A stretch of DNA of 62,462 nucleotides, filler included. It is 5 parts of 5 records of this genome, joined end to end, with 100 filler letters (N's around TTAATTAATTAA, not from the genome) between each part and the next. Parts side by side here need not be neighbours in the genome. Positions count along the whole stretch, not along the records: positions 31,850 to 45,525 come from SRR31156797_5446; 4 more parts are not named here. One strand, 5' to 3'. Shown here piece by piece: positions 33,628 to 42,315 of this stretch. A program made the position numbers and the translations under genes. Within the stretch, counting starts at the first letter, position 1; each line of letters opens with the position of its first letter. The notes under the pieces are model-generated. The model was not told where the DNA came from, ran no database searches, and saw only the letters and a list, made by a program, of their open reading frames with translations.

Positions 33628-35991
33628 ATGCGTCACGTCGCTTCCATCTCCCAGCAGATCTGGGACATGAAATACCGCTTCAAAGGCCCCGACGGGCAGC
33701 CTGTGGACAAGACCATTGCCGATTCGTGGCACCGCATGGCCAAGACCCTCGCCTCGGTCGAGGACGATCCGCAAAGTTGGGAAAACCGGTTCTTCGAGGC
33801 GCTTGACGATTTCCGTTTTCTTCCCGCCGGGCGCATCCTGTCGGGCGCCGGTACCGGGCGCAATGTGACGCTCTTCAACTGCTTCGTCATGGGCGAAATC
33901 CCCGACGACATGAGCGGCATTTTCGATGCGCTGAAGGAAGCCGCCCTGACCATGCAGCAGGGCGGCGGCATCGGCTACGACTTCTCGACCCTTCGCCCGA
34001 AGGGAGCGCCGGTCAAGGGTGTCGGCGCCGACGCCTCGGGACCGCTTTCGTTCATGGATGTGTGGGACGCCATGTGCCGCACGATCATGAGCGCCGGTTC
34101 GCGCCGCGGCGCCATGATGGCGGTGATGCGCTGCGACCATCCCGATATCGAGGCCTTCATCGAGGCCAAGCAGGAAGCCGGGCGGCTTCGCATGTTCAAT
34201 CTTTCGGTCCTGGTCACCGACGCCTTCATGCGCGCGGTGAAGGAAGACGCCGCCTGGGAGCTGACCTTCGGCGGCACCACATACCGCAGCCTGCCGGCCC
34301 GCGATCTGTGGGACAAGATCATGCGGGCAACGTTCGCCTACGCCGAACCGGGCGTCATCTTCATCGACCGCATCAACGCGCTCAACAACCTCAATTACTG
34401 CGAAACCATCGCCGCCACCAATCCCTGCGGCGAACAGCCCCTGCCGCCCTACGGCGCCTGCCTGCTGGGTTCGGTCAATCTGGCCCGGCTGGTCACGCAG
34501 CCCTTCACCGAACAGGCGGCCATCGACGAGGCCGAGCTTTCCTCCCTGGTTGCCACCGCCGTCCGCGCCATGGACAACGTCATCGGGATTTCGAAGTTCC
34601 CGCTGCCCGAACAGGTCCATGAGGCGCAGTCGAAGCGCCGCATCGGCCTCGGCATCACCGGTTTGGCCGACGCGCTGATCATGTGCGGCGTCCGCTACGG
34701 CTCGGCCGGCGCCGTCGAACTCACCGAATCCTGGATGAAAACCCTACAGCGCGCCGCCTATATGGCCTCGGTCGACCTGGCCAAGGAAAAAGGGTCGTTC
34801 CCGCTGTTCGATGCCGAAAAATACCTGGCCAGCGGATCGGTCCGCGATTTGGATACCGACATCCGCTCGGCAATCGCCGATCACGGCATCCGCAATGCGC
34901 TGCTCACCTCGGTGGCGCCGACCGGCACCATCTCGCTGTTCGCCGACAACGTATCGTCGGGCCTGGAACCGGTGTTCAGCTTCAAATACACCCGCAGCGT
35001 CCTGCTGCCCGACGGAACCCGCCGCGAGGAAGAGGTCAGCGATTACGCCTATCGCCTCTATCGCCGGATGTTCGGGGACGATGCGGCGCTTACCGACGCC
35101 TTCGTCGATGCCCAACAACTCAGCCCGCGCGACCATCTGGTCATGCAGGCCGCCGTCCAGAAATTCATCGACAGTTCGATCTCCAAAACCATCAACTGTC
35201 CGGAAAGCATCGCGTTCGACGACTTCAAGGACATCTACCTGCAGGCCTACGACCTCGGCTGCAAGGGCTGCACCACCTACCGCCCGAACGAGGTGACCGG
35301 CGCCGTGCTGTCGGTAAAGCCCGAAAACAAATCGGCCAAGGACGAACCGCAGGCCGAATTGCCGCTGGAAAAACCGGCCGCCCGCGCCGTGCCGAAGGAC
35401 ATGGGCGATTCCGGCGCGATTACGCGGCTTTTCGAACCGCTCGACCGCGACGACGCGCTTGACGGGAAAACGTATAAAGTCCGTTGGCCGGAAAGCGACC
35501 ACGCCATCTACATCACGCTCAACGACATCCTCGACGATTCGGGCCGGCGCCGCCCGTTCGAGATCTTCATCAATTCCAAGAACATGGAACATTTCGCCTG
35601 GACCGTCGCGCTCACCCGCATGATCAGCGCCGTCTTCCGGCGCGGCGGCGACGTTTCCTTCGTCGTCGAGGAATTGAAGGCGGTTTTCGATCCGCGCGGC
35701 GGGCAATGGATGGGCGGGCGCTATGTGCCGTCATTGCTGGCCGCCATCGGCGAGGTGATCGAGCGCCACATGATCGCCATCGGGTTTTTGGCCCGGCCCG
35801 GCGAGCTGGCCGATGCCGGCGCCGCCGAAATGCCGAAGGTGGTCAATCTCGGCGCCGGCGGCGGGGCGGATGACGATACCGCGGGCGCGCCGTCGCCCTT
35901 CCGCCAATGCCCGAAATGCGCCCAGGCCAGCCTGATCCGCCAGGAAGGCTGCGACACCTGCACGTCCTGCGGCTATTCCAAGTGCGGGTAG
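33628..35991 (+). CDS. nrdJ: Adenosylcobalamin-dependent (class II) ribonucleotide reductase with TSCPD-like domain and C-terminal Cys cluster
   Basis: LFNCFV, GGGIG, TNPCGEQ, APTGTIS, SISKTIN, KGCTTYR, RPFEIF and CPKC...CDTCTSCGYSKC. Confidence 0.93.
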   Translation: MRHVASISQQIWDMKYRFKGPDGQPVDKTIADSWHRMAKTLASVEDDPQSWENRFFEALDDFRFLPAGRILSGAGTGRNVTLFNCFVMGEIPDDMSGIFDALKEAALTMQQGGGIGYDFSTLRPKGAPVKGVGADASGPLSFMDVWDAMCRTIMSAGSRRGAMMAVMRCDHPDIEAFIEAKQEAGRLRMFNLSVLVTDAFMRAVKEDAAWELTFGGTTYRSLPARDLWDKIMRATFAYAEPGVIFIDRINALNNLNYCETIAATNPCGEQPLPPYGACLLGSVNLARLVTQPFTEQAAIDEAELSSLVATAVRAMDNVIGISKFPLPEQVHEAQSKRRIGLGITGLADALIMCGVRYGSAGAVELTESWMKTLQRAAYMASVDLAKEKGSFPLFDAEKYLASGSVRDLDTDIRSAIADHGIRNALLTSVAPTGTISLFADNVSSGLEPVFSFKYTRSVLLPDGTRREEEVSDYAYRLYRRMFGDDAALTDAFVDAQQLSPRDHLVMQAAVQKFIDSSISKTINCPESIAFDDFKDIYLQAYDLGCKGCTTYRPNEVTGAVLSVKPENKSAKDEPQAELPLEKPAARAVPKDMGDSGAITRLFEPLDRDDALDGKTYKVRWPESDHAIYITLNDILDDSGRRRPFEIFINSKNMEHFAWTVALTRMISAVFRRGGDVSFVVEELKAVFDPRGGQWMGGRYVPSLLAAIGEVIERHMIAIGFLARPGELADAGAAEMPKVVNLGAGGGADDDTAGAPSPFRQCPKCAQASLIRQEGCDTCTSCGYSKCG

Positions 35992-36009
35992 GCTCCCGCT
36001 TCACTAATT

Positions 36010-36168
36010 CGTCATGCCCGCACACTCCCACTTCGTCACCCCCGGGCACCCCACTTCGTCACCCCCGGGCTTGACCCGGGGGTCCACGGGTGCGAGAGGC
36101 GGCGGTGCCAACTCTGAACGGTATTGATGCCAAAGTCGTGGATGGCCGGGACACGCCCGGCCATGACG
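36010..36168. repeat. CGTC-type REP/REPIN-like palindromic element with tandem duplication of its left end
   Basis: CGTCACCCCCGGGCTTGACCCGGGGGTCCACG...CGTGGATGGCCGGGACACGCCCGGCCATGACG (36057-36168); 21-bp direct repeat at 36027-36047 and 36050-36070. Confidence 0.75.
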
Positions 36169-36200
36169 ACGGATGGAACGGATACGGAGCGAAACCGACC

Positions 36201-36635
36201 ATGGAACCGCGTATCAGCTTGATCACACTCGGCGTTGACAACATCGCAGCCGCCACCGCCTTTTATACCCGCCTCGGCTGGAAGGCGGCACCGCCCAGCA
36301 ACGAATCGGTCACCTTTTTTCAGGCCGGCGGCATGATCTTCGGCCTATACGGGCGCGAAGCTTTAGCAAAGGACGCCAACCTGCCGCCGGAATGCGCACC
36401 CGCCGGTCAATCGGCCCGCATGGCGCTGGCCTACAATGTGGTCTCGAAGCAAGACGTCGACACCGTGTTGAAGGAAGCGCAAGCCGCCGGCGCCGAAATC
36501 GTCAAGCCGGCCGAGGATGCCTTCTGGGGCGGCTATAGCGGTTATTTCGCCGATCCCGACGGCCATCTCTGGGAGGTCGCCTGGAACCCCTTCTTCCCGA
36601 TTGCGGACGACGGCACCATCCGCCTGCCGGAATAA
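36201..36635 (+). CDS. VOC/glyoxalase-family protein
   Basis: ISLITLGV, FWGGYSGYFADPDGHLWEVAWNP. Confidence 0.88.
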   Translation: MEPRISLITLGVDNIAAATAFYTRLGWKAAPPSNESVTFFQAGGMIFGLYGREALAKDANLPPECAPAGQSARMALAYNVVSKQDVDTVLKEAQAAGAEIVKPAEDAFWGGYSGYFADPDGHLWEVAWNPFFPIADDGTIRLPE

Positions 36636-36681
36636 TCCTGGCGTCCGTCCGCAAAGGCTCGCCCCCCAGAGAGGAGTTCCC

Positions 36682-37098
36682 ATGATTTCCGGCGTCAACC
36701 ACATCACCCTGGCGGTTGCTGATGTCGGCCAGTCCTTCGATTTTTACGTCGGCATCCTCGGCCTTCGGCCCGTCGCCCGATGGAAGCGGGGCGCCTATCT
36801 TTGCGCCGGCGACACCTGGATCGCGCTTTTCAAGGACGACCGAGTGCGCGACGCCGTGCGGCCCGACTATTCGCACGTCGCGCTTTCCTGCGCGGCCGGC
36901 GACTTTTCGGCACTGGCCGACCGGCTGAGCCGAAACGGCGCCAAGGCCTGGTCGGAGAACGGATCGGAAGGCGAGTCCTTCTACTTCGAGGACCCGGACG
37001 GCCACCAACTGGAAATCCATGTCGGCGATCTCGACAGCCGGCTCGCGGCCATGAAACATGACCCTTGGGACGAGCTCGAACTCTTCGAGCCAAGCTGA
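36682..37098 (+). CDS. FosA-like VOC metalloenzyme (fosfomycin glutathione transferase family)
   Basis: NHITLAV, ARW..GAYL, DYSH, NGSEGESFYF.DPDGH.LEIH.G.L.SRL; GAGGAG RBS before ATG 36682. Confidence 0.8.
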   Translation: MISGVNHITLAVADVGQSFDFYVGILGLRPVARWKRGAYLCAGDTWIALFKDDRVRDAVRPDYSHVALSCAAGDFSALADRLSRNGAKAWSENGSEGESFYFEDPDGHQLEIHVGDLDSRLAAMKHDPWDELELFEPS

Positions 37099-37108
37099 AC
37101 ACGGCGGC

Positions 37109-37699
37109 TTAAGGATTAGTTGCTGTCTGCGCCGCGCGGGCCTTGTCCAGGATGCGATGCAGGACGCCGTCGCGGATTCCCAACTCGTCGAGATGCTCGA
37201 CCGTATTGGCCAGGTAATCGATGGCCGGGCCGCGCTCGCCATGGCCTTGAAGTAAATATTCGACGATGCGCGCGTCCGGCAGCCGGCCCATGTACTGGTC
37301 GTGATCGCGCTTGGCGACGAAGCAGTAGGCCGGCACCCGGCCGCCGTCGGCGAGCGCGATATTGAGGAAGGTCGGCACGTAGACGCCGGTCATCATCTCG
37401 CGTTCATACAGGAATTCGCGGATCTGCGGCCAATCCTCGGGACTGACGCGATAGGCCCGGCCGACGCACGACCCGCCTTTATCCAAGCCATGGACCAGGC
37501 CCGGCACCTCACGCGTGCCCCGCGCCCGGATCGACAGGATGCACAAGGCCCGGTGATAGCCGTAAAGCCGGGCCGGCAGGCATTCTGAATGCTCGAACCC
37601 CGGATTCCACATCAGCGCCCCGTAGGCGAACACCCAGACCCCGCCGCGCGCCATCGGCGGCGGTTCGGTTTCGGGCGGAACGGTGACTTGCCATTCCAT
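37109..37699 (-). CDS. chaC: ChaC-family gamma-glutamylcyclotransferase (copy 2)
   Basis: WVFAYGALMWNP, RGTREVPGLV, ERE and DYL. Confidence 0.85.
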   Translation of the reverse strand: MEWQVTVPPETEPPPMARGGVWVFAYGALMWNPGFEHSECLPARLYGYHRALCILSIRARGTREVPGLVHGLDKGGSCVGRAYRVSPEDWPQIREFLYEREMMTGVYVPTFLNIALADGGRVPAYCFVAKRDHDQYMGRLPDARIVEYLLQGHGERGPAIDYLANTVEHLDELGIRDGVLHRILDKARAAQTATNP

Positions 37700-38316
37700 C
37701 AGATGCCGCTTCCCCTGTCGATCTCGCCGGTCAGAACCTCGATGCGGGCCAGCAGCGCATGCAGGCGCCTGTCCGTATATCCCATGGTTTCCAAATGCCG
37801 CACCGTATTGATCAAATAGTCCCGGTTCAGCCCCGACACCCCTTCCGCATCCATGATGATGGTGGCCGCCGCGTCGGTTTCAAGATGTCCGGCATATTGC
37901 GCATGCGCGCGATCGACGACGTAGGTATAGGCATCGAGGCGTAATTCCCCGATGCGGACCGGCAGGGTCTTCGGCACATAGGCCCGGGTCACCAGTTCGC
38001 GTTCGTCGAGATAGGCGATCACCGCCTCGACGTCGCTGTCATGAACCCGGTATGCCATGCCGTTGCAGCAGCCGCCGCGATCGAGCCCCAGCACCAGCCC
38101 CGGCTTTTCCCTGGTTCCCCGGTGGTGCTGCGAATAGATGCAGAATTCCCGGTGATAGCCGCCGAGCAGGGCTTGCGCCGATTCGATATAGTCGAAACCG
38201 GGCCGCCACATCAGCGAGCCGTAGCCGAACACCCAGAAACCGTCCGATCCCGCCACACGGCTGGATTCGGGCCGGTTCGCCGTTTCGCTGCCCGGAGATG
38301 TGTTTCGTTTCGCCAT
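37699..38316 (-). CDS. chaC: ChaC-family gamma-glutamylcyclotransferase (copy 1)
   Basis: WVFGYGSLMWRP, HRGTREKPGLVLGL, ERE and NRDYL. Confidence 0.9.
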   Translation of the reverse strand: MAKRNTSPGSETANRPESSRVAGSDGFWVFGYGSLMWRPGFDYIESAQALLGGYHREFCIYSQHHRGTREKPGLVLGLDRGGCCNGMAYRVHDSDVEAVIAYLDERELVTRAYVPKTLPVRIGELRLDAYTYVVDRAHAQYAGHLETDAAATIIMDAEGVSGLNRDYLINTVRHLETMGYTDRRLHALLARIEVLTGEIDRGSGI

Positions 38317-38406
38317 GGTGCATTGAGAAGCTAATCACTCGCTCTGGTCTGCGCAACGAACTATAACGGTGCCGGGAATGCCCAGCCTCCACTTCCGGCA
38401 ACAGGG

Positions 38407-39558
38407 ATGATCATGCGCCGGCCGACCGCCAAACCCATCGACAACGGAATCGAACGCCACCCGGTGTACGACTACAAGCCGCCGGCCTATTTCAGGGCGC
38501 TGAAATGGGGCGGCATCGGCGTCGCGGCATTGATGCTGATCGTCGCCCTTTACGTCGGCTACTGGTATTACGCCGCTGGCCAGTTGCGCGACGGCGTGCT
38601 GTCCTGGATCGAGGAGCACCGGGCCGAAGGCATGACCGTCACCTACACCCAGTTGGACATCGGCGGCTTTCCCGACCGGCTTCACATACGCATCGACAAG
38701 CCGAACATCGCGGCGCCGTCGGCCGATACGCCCTGGGGCTGGGAAGGCGCCGCCATTGAGGCGGAAATGCCGCCGTGGAATCCGAGCCATGTCAGAATCG
38801 GCGCCGCCGGCGACCACGCCTTCCTTTTCGGCGCCGACGCCGACCTGATCGCCCTTCAGGGCCGCGCCGAGACGGCCGAAGGCACCTTCGTATTCAGTCG
38901 TGGCACCCTTGCCGAGGCGTCGGTATTTCTGGCCGGCGTCGATCTCGCCGTGGCCGGCGGGCGTACCGCCTGGAAACTGGACCGCGGCCGCCTCGAAGCG
39001 GACCTGGCGCCGGACAGCGACGAGGACGAACAAAAAAACGTCACGCTCGACGCCCGGCTCGAGCTCAACGGTTTTCGCCTTCCGGCCGGACTCAATTTGC
39101 CCCTGGGATCCGACTTCGAACGGATCGATCTCACCGGCAGCCTGATCGGCACCATCGCCCCAGGTCCCCTGGCGCCGGCCCTGACCGTCTGGCGCGACGG
39201 CGGCGGCATCATCGAGGTGCGGCGCCTTTCCGGCGTCTACGGGCCTCTGAATCTGCACGCCGACGGCACCTTGGCGCTGGACGCAACCCTGCAGCCGATC
39301 GGCGCCTTCACGGCCCGCATCGGCGGTTTTTTCGAAACCATCGACGCGCTTCGCACCCGCGGCATCATTCGCGCCCGCGATGCCGTCACCGCGAAGATGG
39401 TGCTGGGCGTCCTGGCCAAGCGCAGCGCCGACGGCCACGGCGGCCTGACCATTCCCCTGGCGATCCAGGAACAGACCCTTTTCGCCGGACCGGTGCCGCT
39501 GCTCGACATCCCCGACGTCACCTGGCCCGGCGGCGAACAAACGGCGGGCCAAAAATAA
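38407..39558 (+). CDS. DUF2125-family protein
   Basis: N-terminal TM with YW, IGGFP motif; usual divergent partner of chaC. Start uncertain. Confidence 0.7.
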   Translation: MIMRRPTAKPIDNGIERHPVYDYKPPAYFRALKWGGIGVAALMLIVALYVGYWYYAAGQLRDGVLSWIEEHRAEGMTVTYTQLDIGGFPDRLHIRIDKPNIAAPSADTPWGWEGAAIEAEMPPWNPSHVRIGAAGDHAFLFGADADLIALQGRAETAEGTFVFSRGTLAEASVFLAGVDLAVAGGRTAWKLDRGRLEADLAPDSDEDEQKNVTLDARLELNGFRLPAGLNLPLGSDFERIDLTGSLIGTIAPGPLAPALTVWRDGGGIIEVRRLSGVYGPLNLHADGTLALDATLQPIGAFTARIGGFFETIDALRTRGIIRARDAVTAKMVLGVLAKRSADGHGGLTIPLAIQEQTLFAGPVPLLDIPDVTWPGGEQTAGQK

Positions 39559-39641
39559 CGGCGCACGATCGGTCGGGGTCATTACGCCGACACGGTTTTC
39601 GGTTATCCTGGTAACGGGTTGTCACGTATGGACCGGCGGCC

Positions 39642-40265
39642 ATGAGAATCCGTTGCCTATATCCGGCGCTGTTGTCGTTCCTGCTGATCGTCGCGGCAAT
39701 GGCCGTTGCCGGCGCCGAAACCGAGCCGCCGCGCGGCCAGGTGGTCTTCACCCGCGGCCAGCTTCTGATCGCCGCTCCGCACATGCCGGATCCCCGGTTC
39801 GCGAAAACCGTCATCTATATGGTCGATCACGACAGGCGCGGCGCCTTCGGCCTGATCCTCAACCGGCCCGTCGGCGCCGGACCGATGAACGCGTTCCTGA
39901 AGGGGTTCGGCATCGCGCCGGGCAAGACCGACGGCGACATCGTCCTGCATTACGGCGGGCCGGTCGAACCGAATCGCATATTCGTTCTGCATTCGGCCGA
40001 TTGGAAAGGCACCGGCAATACCCAGGTCCGCGGCGCCATCGCGATGAGCGCCGGCGTCGAGGTGATCGAGGCGATATCGCGGGACCAAGGCCCGCGCAAA
40101 AGCCTGGTGCTGTTGGGTTATGCCGGTTGGGCACCGCATCAGCTCGAAAGCGAAATGGCGCGCCACGACTGGATCACGGCACCGGCGGATTTTTCCCTGA
40201 TCTTCGATACCGACGCGGAAAGCAAATGGGATCGCGCCTTTGCCGTCGGCGGCGTGCCGCTTTAG
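39642..40265 (+). CDS. YqgE/AlgH-family protein
   Basis: LLIAAP.MPDPRF, GLILNRP, GGPVE and GYAGW..QLE.E; hydrophobic N-terminal extension. Confidence 0.9.
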   Translation: MRIRCLYPALLSFLLIVAAMAVAGAETEPPRGQVVFTRGQLLIAAPHMPDPRFAKTVIYMVDHDRRGAFGLILNRPVGAGPMNAFLKGFGIAPGKTDGDIVLHYGGPVEPNRIFVLHSADWKGTGNTQVRGAIAMSAGVEVIEAISRDQGPRKSLVLLGYAGWAPHQLESEMARHDWITAPADFSLIFDTDAESKWDRAFAVGGVPL

Positions 40266-40290
40266 GGATATCCGGTCAACCTCGGGATAC

Positions 40291-41199
40291 TCAGGTCGTG
40301 CCGTTCTTCGGCCCTTTCGGCGCGATGTGCTGTTCGGCATCGATGACGCCGCGGCGAATGGCGCGGGTCCGGCTGAACACTTCGTAAAGCTTGTCGGCTT
40401 CGCCGCGCCTGATTGCCCGCCTCAGCGCCACCAGGTCCTCGCTGAACCGGCCCAGCATCTCCAGCACCGCCTCGCGGTTGGTCAGGAAGACATCACGCCA
40501 CATGACCGGATCGGAAGCCGCGATTCGCGTGAAGTCGCGGAAACCGCCGGCCGAGAACTGAATCACTTCGTCGCGCAGGTCGTCTTCAAGATCGGTCGCC
40601 GTACCAACGATGGTATAGGCGATCAGGTGCGGCACGTGCGAGGTGATGGCCAGCACCTTGTCGTGGCGCCGCGAATCCATGATCTGGATCTTCATGCCCG
40701 CCTTGCGCCACAACTCGCAGACCGCGTCGACCGCGGCCGGGTCTGATCCCGCCGGCGGCGTCACGATGCACCAGCGCGTATCGAACAGTTCGGCGAAACC
40801 GGCCTCGGGCCCGCTGTGCTCGGTGCCGGCGACCGGATGGGCCGGAACCAGATGCACGCCCTCGGGCAAAAACGGCTTCACGTCGTGTTCGACGCTTTCC
40901 TTGACCGATCCGACGTCGGTGACGATGCAGCCTTTTTTCAGTCCCGGCGCCATGTTCTCGGCAATTGTCGAATAGGCGCCCAACGGCGTTCCCAGCACGA
41001 CCAGATCGGCGCCTTCGACGGCGATACAGGGGTCGATGGTGACGCTGTCGGCCAGCCCCAGTTCCATCGCCTTGTCCAGGGTCTTGCGGGTGCGCGCGCA
41101 AACCGAGATATGGCCGGCCAGGCCATCGCGGCGCAGCACCCGCGCCAATGACGAATTGATCAGCCCGACGCCGATCAGGGCAACGCGTTCGAAAAGCAT
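40291..41199 (-). CDS. tyrC: Cyclohexadienyl/prephenate (arogenate) dehydrogenase
   Basis: TDVGSVK, HPVAGTE, HD..LA.TSHVPH and GGFRDFTRIAAS. Confidence 0.9.
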   Translation of the reverse strand: MLFERVALIGVGLINSSLARVLRRDGLAGHISVCARTRKTLDKAMELGLADSVTIDPCIAVEGADLVVLGTPLGAYSTIAENMAPGLKKGCIVTDVGSVKESVEHDVKPFLPEGVHLVPAHPVAGTEHSGPEAGFAELFDTRWCIVTPPAGSDPAAVDAVCELWRKAGMKIQIMDSRRHDKVLAITSHVPHLIAYTIVGTATDLEDDLRDEVIQFSAGGFRDFTRIAASDPVMWRDVFLTNREAVLEMLGRFSEDLVALRRAIRRGEADKLYEVFSRTRAIRRGVIDAEQHIAPKGPKNGTT

Positions 41200-41226
41200 T
41201 TCCGTATGTTCTTTCCTGCCTCGATA

Positions 41227-42315
41227 TCAACCGTGGAATTCGGCAAGGGCGTCGACGACGGCCTGCATTTCGTCGCCCAGCCCGATGGTCATGCGCAACG
41301 ATTCCGGCAATCCGTAGCCGGCCATGCGGCGCGCGATGATACCCCGGTTTTTCAGGAACTCGTCGGCGGCGATGGCATCCTTACCGTCTTCGGCTGGAAA
41401 ACGAATGAGAATGAAGTTGCCGATGGAAGGCGGCACGTCATAGCCGATGGCCCGGATCTTTTCGATGCTCCAGGGCAGCCATTCGTCGTTATGGCGTTTC
41501 GCCGCAGCAACGAAATCGGTGTCGGCGAAGGCCGCAAGACCTGCATCCTGGGCGGCGGACGAAACGTTGAACGGGTTGCGCACCCGGTTCAGAACGCCGG
41601 CGATGGATGCCGGGCAATAGGCCCAGCCCAGGCGCAGGCCGCCGAGGCCGTAGATTTTCGAGAATGTCCGCGTCATGACGGTGTTTTCGCCGGCATCGAC
41701 CAGTTCGATTCCCGGCGAATAGTCGTCCAGGTCGATATATTCGGCATAGGCCGCGTCGATCACCAACAGGACGTTTTCCGGCAAACCGGCGCGCAGGCGC
41801 GCCATTTCGTCGGTCGGGATGTAGGTGCCGGTCGGATTGTTCGGATTGGCCAGGAAGACGATTTTGGTCCGATCCGTCACCTTCGCTAGAATCTCGTCGA
41901 CATCGGCGGTCAAGCCGTGCTCGGGCGCCGCCACCGGGGTCGCCGAGGCGGTCTTCGCGGCGATCGGGTACATCAGGAACCCGTGTTCCGTATACAGTAC
42001 CTCGTCGCCGGCACCGGCATAGGCGCGGCACAACAGGCCGATCAGTTCGTCCGACCCGGCGCCGAAGACGATGCGTGCCGCATCCAGGCCGTAGGCATCG
42101 GCAATCGCTTCGCGCAGCGCCGTCGATCCTCCGTCGGGATAACGGTGCAGTTCGCCGCTGTGGGCTTCATAGGCAGCAATCGCCTTCGAGCTGGCGCCGA
42201 GCGCGCTTTCGTTGGAGGCCAATTTGATGATCCGACTGACGCCGGGGACTTTCGATTCGCCGCCGACATACGGCGTGATGTCCATGACGCCCGGTTGCGG
42301 GACGAGTGTGCTCAT
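41227..42315 (-). CDS. hisC: Histidinol-phosphate aminotransferase
   Basis: KLASNE, NPNNPTG, DAAY and RTFSKIYGLGGLRLG. Confidence 0.94.
   Translation of the reverse strand: MSTLVPQPGVMDITPYVGGESKVPGVSRIIKLASNESALGASSKAIAAYEAHSGELHRYPDGGSTALREAIADAYGLDAARIVFGAGSDELIGLLCRAYAGAGDEVLYTEHGFLMYPIAAKTASATPVAAPEHGLTADVDEILAKVTDRTKIVFLANPNNPTGTYIPTDEMARLRAGLPENVLLVIDAAYAEYIDLDDYSPGIELVDAGENTVMTRTFSKIYGLGGLRLGWAYCPASIAGVLNRVRNPFNVSSAAQDAGLAAFADTDFVAAAKRHNDEWLPWSIEKIRAIGYDVPPSIGNFILIRFPAEDGKDAIAADEFLKNRGIIARRMAGYGLPESLRMTIGLGDEMQAVVDALAEFHG

Noticed and set aside
22361..37098. murA (fosfomycin target) and a FosA-like gene in the same window
   Set aside because: They are on different contigs from different phyla, so the co-occurrence is an artefact.
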